From: Octopus bimaculoides
Lineage: Eukaryota
Direction of reading: 5' to 3'
Length of the DNA: 47,956 bases
Assembly (NCBI RefSeq): GCF_001194135.2
Contig: NC_068986.1
Span: 1 to 47,956 of the forward strand
Part shown: in pieces, positions 1 through 12,644 of the stretch
Layout: every line of letters starts with the position of its first letter
Position numbering within the stretch: position 1 is the first letter of the stretch
Made by a program: the position numbers and the translations under genes
Notes under the pieces: generated by a model
Databases searched by the model: none
Seen by the model: the letters and a program-made list of their open reading frames with translations, nothing else
What the model was told of the DNA's origin: nothing

Positions 1-3000
1 ACTGGCCATAAAGTCGGGGACCAAAAATCGCATACTGGCCATAAAGTCGGAGACCGAACATTGTACACTGGCCATAAAGTCGGGGAACAAAATTCGCGAA
101 CTGGCCATAAAGTCGGGGACCAGAAATTCAACACTGGCGATAAAGTCGGAGACGAATAATTTGACACTGGTCCATAAAGACGAGGACCAAATACTGAACA
201 TTGGCCATAAATACGGGGACCAAAACTTGTACAGTGGCCATAAACACGGGGACCAGAAATTCAACACTGGCCATAGAGTCGGGGAACATAAATTGTACAC
301 TGGCCATAAAGTCAGAGACGAATAATTGAACACTGGCCATAAAGTCGGGGACAAAAATTGTACACTGGACATGTAGTCGGCGACCAAAAATTGAACACTG
401 GCCATGAAGTCGGGGACCAAAAATTGAATACTGGCCATAATGTCAGGGAACAAAACTTGTACACTGGCCATGAAGTTGGTGACCAAAAAATTGTACACTG
501 GCCATGCAGTCGGGGACCAAAAATTGAACACTGGCCATGTAGTTGGGGACCAAAAATTGAACACTGGACATGTAGTCGGCGACCAAAAATTGAACACTGG
601 CCATGAAGTCGGGGACCAAAAATTGAATACTGGCCATAATGTCAGGGAACAAAACTTGTACGCTGGCCATGAAGTTGGTGACCAAAAATTGTACACTGGC
701 CATGTAGTCGGGGACCAAAAATTGAACACTGGCCATGTAGTTGGGGACCAAAAATTGAACACTGGCCATGAAGTCGGGGACCAAAAATTGAATACTGGCC
801 ATAAAGACGGGGACCAAACAATGAACACTGGCCATAAAATGGGGGTCCAAAAATCGCACTCGGGCCATGAAGTCGGGGACCAAAATTTGAACACTGGACA
901 TAAAGTCGGGGACCAAAAATTGCAAATCGGCCAGAAAGACGGGGACCGAACATGTACACTGGCCATAAAATCGGGAACGAAAATTTGCACACTGGCCATA
1001 ATGTCGGGGAGGAATAATTGCACACTGGCCATAAAGACGGGGACCGAACATGTACACTGGTCATAAAGTCGGGGACCTAATTGAACACTGGCCATAAAAT
1101 GGGGGAGCAAAAATTGCACACCGGCCATAAAGACGGGGACCGAACATGTACACTGGCCTNNNNNNNNNNNNNNNNNNNNNNNNNNNNNNNNNNNNNNNNN
1201 NNNNNNNNNNNNNNNNNNNNNNNNCGAACATGTACACTGGTCATAAAGTCGGGGACCTAATTGAACACTGGCCATAAAATGGGGGAGCAAAAATTGCACA
1301 CCGGCCATAAAGACGGGGACCGAACATGTACACTGGCCTTAAAGTCGGAGAACAAAAGTCTCACAGTGGCCATAAAGACGGGGACCTAAATTTGAAAACT
1401 GGCCATAAAGACGGGGACCAAACATTGAGCAATGGCCATAAAGTCGGGGAATAAAAATTGAACACTGGCCATAAAATGGGGGACCAAAAATTTGCACACT
1501 GGCCATAAAGTCGGAGACCAAAAATTCAACACTGGTCATAAAGTCGTGGACGAATAATTACACACTGGCCATAAAGATGGGAACCAAATATTGAACACTG
1601 GCCATGAAGTCGGGGACCACAAATCGCACACTGGCCATAAACTCGGGGACAAATAATTGCACACTGGCCATAAAGACGGGGACGAAATATTGAACACTGG
1701 CCATAAAGTCGGGGACCTATAATTGCACACTGGCCATAAAGACGGGGACCAAATATTGAACACTGGCCATAAAGTCGGGGACCTATAATTGAACACTGGC
1801 CATAAAATGGGGGACCAAAAATCGCACATTGGCCAGAAAGTCGGGCAACAAAATTTGCACACTGGCCATAAAGAAGGTGACCGAACATTGAACACTTGCC
1901 ATAAATTCGGGGACCTATAGTTTAACACTGGCCATAAAATGGGGGATCAAAAATCGCACACTAGCCATAAAGTCGGGGACGAGTAATTGCACACTGGCCA
2001 TAAAGTCGGGGACCACAAATCGCACACTGGCCATAAAGTCGTGGACGAATAATTGCATGCTGGCCATAAAAACGGGGACCAAATATTGAACACTGTCCAT
2101 AAAGTCGGGTAGGAATAATTGCACACTGGCCATAAAGACGGGGACCACAAATCGCACACTGGCCATAAAGTCGTGGACGAATAATTGCATGCTGGCCATA
2201 AAAACGGGGACCAAATATTGAACACTGGCCATAAAGTCGGGTAAAGAACATTTTACACTGGCCATAAAGTCGTTGAACAAAATTTGCACACTGTACATAA
2301 AGTCGGGGACCACAATTTAAACAATGGCCATAAAGTCGGGGACGAATAATTGCACACTGGCCATAAAGACGGGGACCACAAATCGCACACTGGCCATTAA
2401 GACGGTGACCAAATATTGAACACTGGCCATAAAGTCGCGGATCTATAATTGCACACTGGCCATAAAGACGGGGACCAAATATTGTACACTGGCCATAAAT
2501 TCGGGGACCTATAATTGAACACTGGCCATAAAGTCGGGGACCAGAAATTCAACACTAGGGGACGAATAATTGCACACTGGCCATAAAGACGGGGGCCACA
2601 AATTGCACACTGGCCATTAAGTAGGGGACTAAAAATCGCACACTGGCCACAAAGTCGGGGACCTTGAACACTGGCTATAAAATGGGGGAGCAAAAATCGC
2701 CCACTTGCCATGAAGTCAGGGACCAAAAATTGAATACTGTCAAAAAGTCGGGGACCAAAAATTGTACACTGGCCATAAATTCGGGGACCAAAAATCGCAC
2801 AGTGGCCATGAAGACGGGGACCGAACATTGTACACTGGTCCTAAAGTCGGGGACGAATAATTGCACACTGGCTATAAAGACGGGGACCAAATATTGAACA
2901 CTGGCCATAAAATGGGTAGCAAAAATTGCACACCGGCCATAAAGACGGGGACCGAACATTGAACACTGGCCATACATTCGGGGACCTACAGTTTAACACT

Positions 3001-6000
3001 TGCCATAAAATGGGGGACCAAAATCGCACACTGGCCATAAAGTCGGGGAGCAATAATTGAACACAGGCCATAAAGTCGGGGACAAAAAATTGAAAACTGG
3101 CCATAAAGTCGGGGACCGAAATTTGAACACTGGCCATAAATTCGGGGACTAAAAATCGCACAGTGGCCACAAAGACGGAAACCTAAAATTGAACACTGTC
3201 CATAAAGACGGGGAACAAAAATTGAACACTGGCCATAAAGTCGGGGACCAATAATTGCGCAATGGCCATAAAGACGGGAACCAAATATTGAACACTGGCC
3301 ATAAAGTCGGGGACCGATAATTGAACACTGGCAATAAAATGGGGGAGCAAAAATCGCACACTGGCCATGAAGTCGGGGACCAAAAATTGAATACTGGTCT
3401 TAAATTCGGGGACCAAAAATCGCATAGTGGCCATGAAGACGGGGACCGAACATTGTACACTGGTCCTAAAGTCGGGGACCCAAAATTCAACACTGGCCAT
3501 AAATCGGGGACCTATAATTGCACACTGGCCATAAAGACGGGGAACAAAATTGAACATTGGCCATAAAGTCGGGGACCTATAATTGCACACTGGCTATAAA
3601 TACGGGGACCAAAATTCGCACACCAGCCATAAAGACGGGGACCAAATACTGCACCCTGGCCATAAAGACGGGGCTAAAAAATCGCTCACTGGCCATAAAG
3701 TCGGGGACGAATAATTGCACACTGGCCATAAAGACGGGGACCAAATATTGAACACTGGCCATAAATTCCGGGACCTATAATTGAACACTGGCCATAAAAT
3801 GGGGGACAAAAAATCGATCACCGGCCATTAAGTCGGGGACCAAATTCTGCACACTTGCCACAAAGACGGGGATCAAAAATCGCACACTGGCCATAAAGTC
3901 GGGGACAAATAATTGAACACTGACCATAAAGTCGGGGACCTATAATTGAACACTGGCCATAAAATGGGGGACCAAAAATCGCACACTGGCCAGAAATTCG
4001 GGGACCAAAAATTGCACACCGGCCATAAAGACGGGGACCGAACATGTACACTGGCCATAAAGTCGGGGATGAATAATTGCACACTGGCCATAAAGACGGG
4101 GACCACAAATTGCACACAGGCCATTAAGTAGGGGACGAATAATTGCACACTGGCCATAAAGACGGGGACCAAATATTGAACACTGGCCATAAATTCGGGG
4201 ACATATAATTGAACACTGGCTATAAAATGGGGGAGCAAAAATCGCACACTTGCCATAAAGTCGGGGATGAATAATTGCACACTGGCCATAAAGACGGGGA
4301 CCACAAAATGCACACTGGCCATTAAGTAGGGGACGAATAATTGCACACTGGCCATAAAGACGGGGACNNNNNNNNNNNNNNNNNNNNNNNNNNNNNNNNN
4401 NNNNNNNNNNNNNNNNNNNNNNNNNNNNNNNNNNNNNNNNNNNNNNNNNNNNNNNNNNNNNNNNNNNNNNNNNNNNNNNNNNNNNNNNNNNNNNNNNNNN
4501 NNNNNNNNNNNNNNNNNNNNNNNNNNNNNNNNNNNNNNNNNNNNNNNNNNNNNNNNNNNNNNNNNNNNNNNNNNNNNNNNNNNNNNNNNNNNNNNNNNNN
4601 NNNNNNNNNNNNNNNNNNNNNNNNNNNNNNNNNNNNNNNNNNNNNNNNNNNNNNNNNNNNNNNNNNNNNNNNNNNNNNNNNNNNNNNNNNNNNNNNNNNN
4701 NNNNNNNNNNNNNNNNNNNNNNNNNNNNNNNNNNNAGGCCATTAAGTAGGGGACGAATAATTGCACACTGGCCATAAAGACGGGGACCAAATATTGAACA
4801 CTGGCCATAAAGTCGGGGACCTATAATTGAACACTGGCCATAAAATGGGTAGCAAAAATTGCACACCGGCCATAAAGACGGGGACCGAACATTGAACACT
4901 GGCCATACATTCGGGGACCTACAGTTTAACACTGGCCATAAAATGGGGGACCAAAATCGCACACTGGCCATAAAGACGGGGATCAAAAATCGCACACTTT
5001 CCATAAAGTCGGGGACGAGTAATTGCACACTGGCCATAAAGTCGGGGACCAGAAATTCAACACTGGCCATGAAGTCGGGGACGAATAATTGCACACCGGC
5101 CATAAAGACGGTGACCGAACATGTACACTGGCCATAAAGTCCGGGAGGAATAATTGCACACTGGACATAAAGTCGGGGACCACAATTTATACAGTGCCCA
5201 TAAAGTCGGGGACGAATAATTGCACACTGGCCATAAAGACGGGGACCACATATCGCACACTGGCTATTAAGACGGGGACCAAATATTGAACACTGGCCAT
5301 AAAGTCGGGGACCTATAATTGAACAGTGGCCATAAAATGGGGGACCAAAAATCACACACTGGCCATAAAGACGGGGATCAAAAATCGCACACTAGCCATA
5401 AAGTCGGTGACGAATAATTGCACACTGGCCATAAAGTCGGGAACCAGAAATTCAACACTGGCCATAAAGTCGGGGCCCAAAAATTGCACACCGATCATAA
5501 AGACGGGGACGGAATATGTACACTGGCCATAAAGTCCGGGAGGAAAAATTGCACACTGGCCATAAAGACTGGGACCACAAATTGCACACTGGCCATTAAG
5601 TAGGGGACGAATAATTGCACACTGGCCATAAAGACGGGGACCAAATATTGCACATTGGCCATTGAGTAGAGGACTAAAAATCGCACACTGGCCACAAAGT
5701 CAGGGACCAAAAATTGATTACTGTCAAAAAGTCGGAGACCAAAAATTGTACACTGGTCCTAAAGTCGGAGACGAATAATTGCACACTGGCTATAAAGACG
5801 GGGACCAAATATTGAACACTGGCCATAAAGTCGGGGACCTATAATTGAACACTGGCCATAAAATGGGTAGCAAAAATTGCACACGAACATTGAACACTGG
5901 CCATAAATTCGGGGACTAAAAATCGCACAGTGGCCACAAAGACGGGAACCTAAAATTGAACACTGTCCATAAAGACGGGGAACAAAAATTGAACACTGGC

Positions 6001-9000
6001 CATAAAGTCGGGGACCAATAATTTCACAATGGCCATAAAGACGGGTACCAAATATTGAACACTGGCCATAAAGTCGGGGACCGATAATTGAACACTGGCC
6101 ATAAAATGGCGGAGCAAAAATCGGACACTGGCCATGAAGTCGGGGACCAATAATTGAACACTGGCCATAAGTAGGGGACCAAAAATTGAATACTGTCAAA
6201 AAGTCGGGGACCAGAAATTGTACACTGGCCATGAATTTGGGGACCAAAAATCGCACAGTGGCCATGAAGACGGGGACCGAACATTGCACACTGGCCCTAA
6301 AGTCGGGGACGAATAATTGCACACTGGCCATAAAGTCGGGGACCTATAGTTTAACACTGGCCATAAAATGGGGGACCAATAATTGCAAACTGGCAATAAA
6401 GTCGAGGACCAAAAATGGAACACTTGCCATAAAGTCGGGGACCAAAATTTGAACACTGGCCATAAATTCGGGGACTAAAAATCGCACAGTGGCCGTAAAG
6501 ACGGGAACGTAAAATTGAACACTGTCCATAAAGACGGGGAACAAAAATCGCTCAGTGGCCATAAAGTCGGGGACCAATAATTACACAGTGGCCATAAAGA
6601 CTGGGAACAAAAATTGAACACTGGCCATAAAGTCGGGGACCTATAATTGCACACTGGCCATAAAGACGGGTACCAAATATTGAACACTGGCCATGAAGTC
6701 GGGGACCAAAAATTGAATACTGGTCTTAAATTCGGGGACCAAAAATCGCACAGTGGCCATAAAGTCGGGAAACAAAATTTGCACACTGGCCATAAAGTCG
6801 GGGACCAGAAATTCAACACTGGCCATAAAGTCGGGGAGGACTAATTGCACACTGGCCATAAAGACGGGGACCACATATTGCACACTGGCCATAAAGTAGG
6901 GGACGAATAATTGCACACTAGCCATAAATTCGGCGACCAAAAATCGCACAGTGGCCATGAAGACGGGGACCTATAATTGAACACTGGCCATAAAATGGGT
7001 AGCAAAAATTGCACACCGGCCATAAAGACGGGGACCGAACATTGAACACTGGCCATAAATTCGGGGACCTATAGTTTAACACTGGCCATAAATTCGGGGA
7101 CTAAAAATCGCACAGTGACCATAAAGACGGGGACCTAAATTTGAACACTGGCTATAACGTCGGGGACCAATAATTGCACACTGGCCATAAAGACGTGGAC
7201 CAAATATCGAACACTGGCCATAAAGTCGGGAACCTATAATTGAACACTGGCCATAAAATGGCGGACCAAAAATTGAACACTGGCCATAAAGTCGGGGACC
7301 AAAAATTGAACACTGGCCATAAAGTCGGGGACAAAAATTTGAACACTGGCAATTAATTCGGGGACTAAAAATCACACAGTGGCCATAAAGACGGGAAACT
7401 TAAATTGAACACTCTCCATAAAGACGGGGAACAAAAATCGCTCAGTGGCCATAAAGTCGGGGACCAATAATTACACACTGGCCATAAAGACGGGGAACAA
7501 AAATTGAACACTGGCCATAAAGTCGGGGACCTATAATTGCACACTGGCCATAAAGACGGGTACCAAATATTGAACACTGGCCATAAAGACGGGGACCGAT
7601 AATTGAACACTGGCCATAAAATGGGGGAACAAAAATCGCACACTGGCCATGAAGTCGGGTACCAAAACTTGAATACTGGTCTTAAATTCGGGGTCCAAAA
7701 ATCGCACAGTGGCCATAAAGACGGGGACCGAACATTGTACACTGGCCATAAAGTCGGCGAACAAAATTCGCAAACCAGAAATTCAACACTGACCATAAAG
7801 TCGGGGACGAATAATTGCACACTGGCCATAAAAACGGTGACCAGAAATCGCACCCTGGCCATAAAGTCGGGGACGAATAATTGCACACTGGTCATAAAGA
7901 CGGGGCCCAAATATTGAACATTGGCCATAAAGTCGGGGACCTATAATTGAACACTGGCCATAAAATGGGGGACCAAAAATCGCTCACCGGCCATTAAGTC
8001 GGGGACCAAATTCTGCACACTGGCCTTAAAGGCGGGGATCAAAAATCGCACACTGGCCATAAAGTCGGGGACCAATAATTGAACACTGGCCATAAATTCG
8101 GGGACGAATAATCTCACACTGGCCATTAAGACGGGGACCAAATATTTGAACACTGGCCATAAATTCGGGGACCTATAATTGAACACTGGCCATAAAATGG
8201 GGGACCAAAAATCGCACACTGGCCATTAAGTCGGGAAACAAAATTTGCACACTGGCCATAAAATCGGGGACCAGAAATTCAACACTGGCCATAAAGTCGG
8301 GGACGACTGATTGCACACTGGCCATAAAGACGGGGACCAAATATTGAACACTGGCCATAAAGTCGGGGACCTATAATTGAACACTGGCCATAAAATGGGG
8401 GACCAAAAATCGCACACTGANNNNNNNNNNNNNNNNNNNNNNNNNNNNNNNNNNNNNNNNNNNNNNNNNNNNNNNNNNNNNNNNNNNNNNNNNNNNNNNN
8501 NNNNNNNNNNNNNNNNNNNNNNNNNNNNNNNNNNNNNNNNNNNNNNNNNNNNNNNNNNNNNNNNNNNNNNNNNNNNNNNNNNNNNNNNNNNNNNNNNNNN
8601 NNNNNNNNNNNNNNNNNNNNNNNNNNNNNNNNNNNNNNNNNNNNNNNNNNNNNNNNNNNNNNNNNNNNNNNNNNNNNNNNNNNNNNNNNNNNNNNNNNNN
8701 NNNNNNNNNNNNNNNNNNNNNNNNNNNNNNNNNNNNNNNNNNNNNNNNNNNNNNNNNNNNNNNNNNNNAAAATTGAACACTAGCCATAAAGACGGGGACC
8801 AAATTCTGCACACTGGCCATAAAGACGGGGATCAAAAATCGCACACTGGCCATAAAGTCGGGGACGAATAATTGCACACTAGCCATAAAAACGGTGACCA
8901 GAAATCTCACCCTGGCCATAAAGTCGGGGACGAATAATTGCACACTGGTCATAAAGACGGGGCCCAAATATTGAACATTGGCCATAAAGTCGGGTACCTA

Positions 9001-9153
9001 TAATTGAACACTGGCCATAAAATGGGGGACCAAAAATCGCACACTGACCATAAAGTCGGAGACCAATAATTGCACACTGGCAATAAAGACGGGGACCAAA
9101 AATTGAACACTGGCCATAAAGTCGGGGACCAAAAATTGAACACTGGCCATAAA
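1..9153 (+). repeat. 33-bp tandem satellite, arm A (consensus CACTGGCCATAAAGTCGGGGACCAAAAATTGAA); runs off the left edge of the window
   Basis: TGGCCATAAA recurs with a 33-nt period, and the ORF track shows an 11-aa periodicity (GHEVGDQKLNT). The array is interrupted by three N-gaps and ends at ...CACTGGCCATAAA (9153). Confidence 0.97.
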
Positions 9154-11466
9154 TGATCGTTCGTTCGTCTGGTTGTTCGTTCGTCTGGACGTTCGTTCGT
9201 TCGTCTGGTATTTCGTTCGTTCGTCCGGTCGTTCGCTCTTACGTACGTACGTACGTACGTTCGTTCGTTCGTTCGGTCGTTCTTACGTACGTACGTAGGT
9301 ACTTAAGTTCGTTCGTTCTTTCGTTCGTTCTTTCGTTCGTTCATTCGTTCTTATTTACGTACGTACGAACGTTCGTTCGTTCGTACGTACTTACGAACGT
9401 ACGTACGTTCATTCGTTCTATCCTTCGTTCGTCCGTTCTTTCGTACGTACGTCCGTTCGTTCTATTTTCGTTAGTTAATTTGTTCGCTCGTTCGTTCGTT
9501 CGTTAGTTTGTTCGTTCATTCTTTCATTCGTTCTGTCGTTCGTGCGTTCGATTGTTTGTTTCGTTCGTTCGTTTGCTCCTTCATCCGTTCTTTCATTCGT
9601 TCATTTGTTTCGTTTGTTCTTACGTACGTACGTTCGTTTGTTAGTACGTACGTACGTTCGTTCGTTCGGTCGTTCGTACGTACGTTCGTTCGTTTGTTCG
9701 TTCGTTTGTTCTTTCGGCCGTTCGTTAGTTTCGTTCGTTCGTACGTACGTTTGTACGTACGTACGTTCGTTCATTCTTTCGTTCGTTCGTTTGTTCGTAC
9801 GTACTTACTTACGAACGTACGTACGTTCATTCGTTCTATCCTTCGTTCGTTCATTCTTTCGTACGTACGTCCGTTCGTTCGTTCTTTCGTTCGAACCTAC
9901 GTATGTGCGTTCGTTCTTTAGTTTGTTCGTTCGTTCATCCGTTCGCTGTTTTGTTCGTAAGTATGAACGTACGTTCATTCGTTCGTACGTACGTACGTAC
10001 GTACGTACCGACGTACTTTTATACATACGTACGTTTGATCGTTCGTTCGATTGTTCATTCGTTCTTTCGTTCGTTCGAATGTTCATTCGTTCTTTCGTTC
10101 GTTCGTTCGTTCGTTCATTCTTTCGTTCGTTCTTTCGTTCGTTCTTTCTTCCGTTCGTTCGTTCGTTCTTTCGTTCTGTCGTTCGTTCGTTCGTTCGTTC
10201 GTTTGTTTCGTTCGTTCTTTCGTACGTACGTACTTTTGTTCGTTCGTACGTACGTACATCCGTTCGTTCGGTCATTCGTTCTTTCATTCGTTCGTTCTTT
10301 CGTTCGTTTGTTCGTTTGTGTGTTTCGTTCGTTCGTTTGTTCCTTCGTTTGTTCTTCCGTCCGTTCGTTAGTTTCGTTCGTTCGTTAGTTTCGTTCGTTC
10401 GTACGTTCTTTCGTTCTTTTATTCGTTCGTTCGTTTGTTCTTTTGTTCGTTCGTTCAATCGTTCGTTCGTTCTTTCTTTCGTTTGTTCGTTCGATCGTTC
10501 GTTCGATCGTTCGTTCGTTCGTTAGTACGTTCGTACGTACGTACGTTCGTTCGATAGTACGTTTGTACGTACGTAAGTTCGTTCGTACTTCTCTAGGTAC
10601 GTAAAATCTTTCGTTCGTACGTTCTCGCATTCGTTCGTTCGTTCGTGTGGTCGTTCGTTCGGTCATTCTTACGCACGTACATAGGTACGTACGTACGTAG
10701 GTACGTACGTACGTACGTTCGTTCGTTCTTTCTTTCGTTCGTTCGTTCGTACTTAGTAACGTACGTAGTTCGTTTGTTCGATCATTCGTACGTACATACT
10801 TATGAACGTACGTACATTCATTCGTTAGTACGTACGTAAGTATGTACGTATGTGATTACGTACGTACGTACGTTTGATCGTTCTTTCGTTTGTTCATTTG
10901 TTCTTTCGTTCGTTCGTTCGTTCGTACATTCATTCTTTCGTTCGTTTGTTCATACGTACATCCGTACGTACGTTCGTTCGTTCGCTCGTTTGTTCTTTCG
11001 TTCGTTCGTTCTTTCTTCCGTTCCTTCGTTCGGTCTATCGTTCGTTCGTTCTTTCGTTCGTTCGTTTGTTCGTTCGTTTGTTCTTTCGTTCCTTCGTTAG
11101 TTTCGTACGTTCGATCATACGTACGTTCGTTCTTTTGTTCGTTCTTTCGATCGTTCATTCGTTTCTTTTTTCGTTTGTTCGTTCGATCTTTCGTTCATTC
11201 GTTCGTTAGTTCGTACGTACGTACCTACTTACGTACGTTCGTTCGTTTGTTCGTTCGTACATACGTACATTCATTCTTTCGTTCGCTCGTTTGTTCGTAC
11301 GTACGTACGTTCGTTCGTACGTACATTCGTTACTTCGTACGTTCGTTTGTTCATTCATACATATATACATATGTAAAAACGTACGTTCGATCGTTCGTTC
11401 GCTGCTTATTTCGTTCGTACGTTCGTTCACTTCGTTCGTTAGCTCGTTCTTACGTACGTACGTACG
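9154..11466 (+). repeat. CpG-dense degenerate tetranucleotide array (TTCG)n/(TACG)n, forward arm B
   Basis: A mosaic of TTCG, TACG, TTTG, TTCA, TTCT and TCCG units in a 4-nt register. Confidence 0.97.
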
Positions 11467-12644
11467 AATGAGCGAACGAACGTTATGAACGAACTAACGA
11501 ACGTTATGAACGAACTAACGAACGAACAAACGAAAGAACGAACGAACGAACGTAAGTACGTACGAATGTACGAACGGACGAATGTACGTACGTACGAACG
11601 AACGTACGTACGAACGAACGTACGAACGTACCTACGAACGAAGGTACGTACGAACGAACGAACGTACATACGTACGAACGAACGATCGTACGTATGAACA
11701 AATGATCGAAGGAAAGAAAGAACGTACGTACGTAAGTACGTCGTACGTACGAACGAATAAACGAACGAACGAACGTAGGTAGGTACGTGCGTACGTACGA
11801 ACGAATGAACGAACGTATGAAAGAGCGATCAAACTTAGGAACGTACGTACATACCTCTATACGTATGAACGAACGAACAAACGAACGAACGAATGAACGA
11901 GGGAACGAACGTACGTACGTACGAATGTACGAAAGAACGAACGTATGTAAGAACGTACGTACGTTCGTACGTACGAATGAACGAACGAACGCCCTAACGA
12001 ACGAACGTACGTACGAACGAGCGAATGGAGGAAAGTGCGTACATACGTCCGTACGTACGAACGAATGAACGAACGAACGACCGAAGGTACGTACATGCAA
12101 CGAACGGACGAACGTACGTACGTAAGAACGAGCAATAGAATGAACTAACGAATGAACGTACTTATGAACGAACGAAAGAACGAACGAACGTCCGAACGTA
12201 GGTATGTAAGAACGAATAAAAGAACGAACGTACGTACGTACATAAGAACGAACAAACGAACGAACGTACGCATGTGCGAACGAAAGAAAGATCGAACGAA
12301 CAAACAAACGAACGTACGTGCGAACGAACGAACGTACGTACGTACATCCGTACGTAAGAACGATCGAAGGAGCGAACAAACGTACGTACGTACGAATGAA
12401 CAAACTAACAAAAGTACGTACATAAGAACGAACGAAATTAAAGAACGAACGAACGAACGAAAGAACGAACGAACGAAAGAACGAACGAACATAAATACGT
12501 ACATACGTAAGAGTGAACGTACGAACGAACGTACGTACGTACGAACGAACGTACGTCCGTACGTGCGTATGTACGAAAGTACGAACGAAAGAAAGAAAGA
12601 ACGTACGAACGAACGAACGTAATTACGTACGTACGTACGTACTT
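11467..12644 (-). repeat. Same tetranucleotide array in inverted orientation, (CGAA)n/(CGTA)n, arm B'
   Basis: The sequence switches from TTCG to CGAA units directly after the (TACG)4 run at 11451-11466. Confidence 0.95.

Noticed and set aside
1045-1339. Exact 115-bp duplication on both sides of the first N-gap
   Set aside because: This is typical of unmerged contig overlap in a draft scaffold and is likely an assembly artefact.
128-9143. Long ORFs with 11-aa repeats, e.g. (GHEVGDQKLNT)n at 440-1066 and (MASVQFLVPDF)n
   Set aside because: They follow from a 33-bp unit divisible by 3. They occur on both strands and in several frames, are broken by frequent indels, and the related 34-bp arrays destroy the frame.
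9153-12622. RSFV/TYER-rich ORFs up to 327 aa
   Set aside because: These are translations of a tetranucleotide array that lacks stop codons; there is no coding signal.
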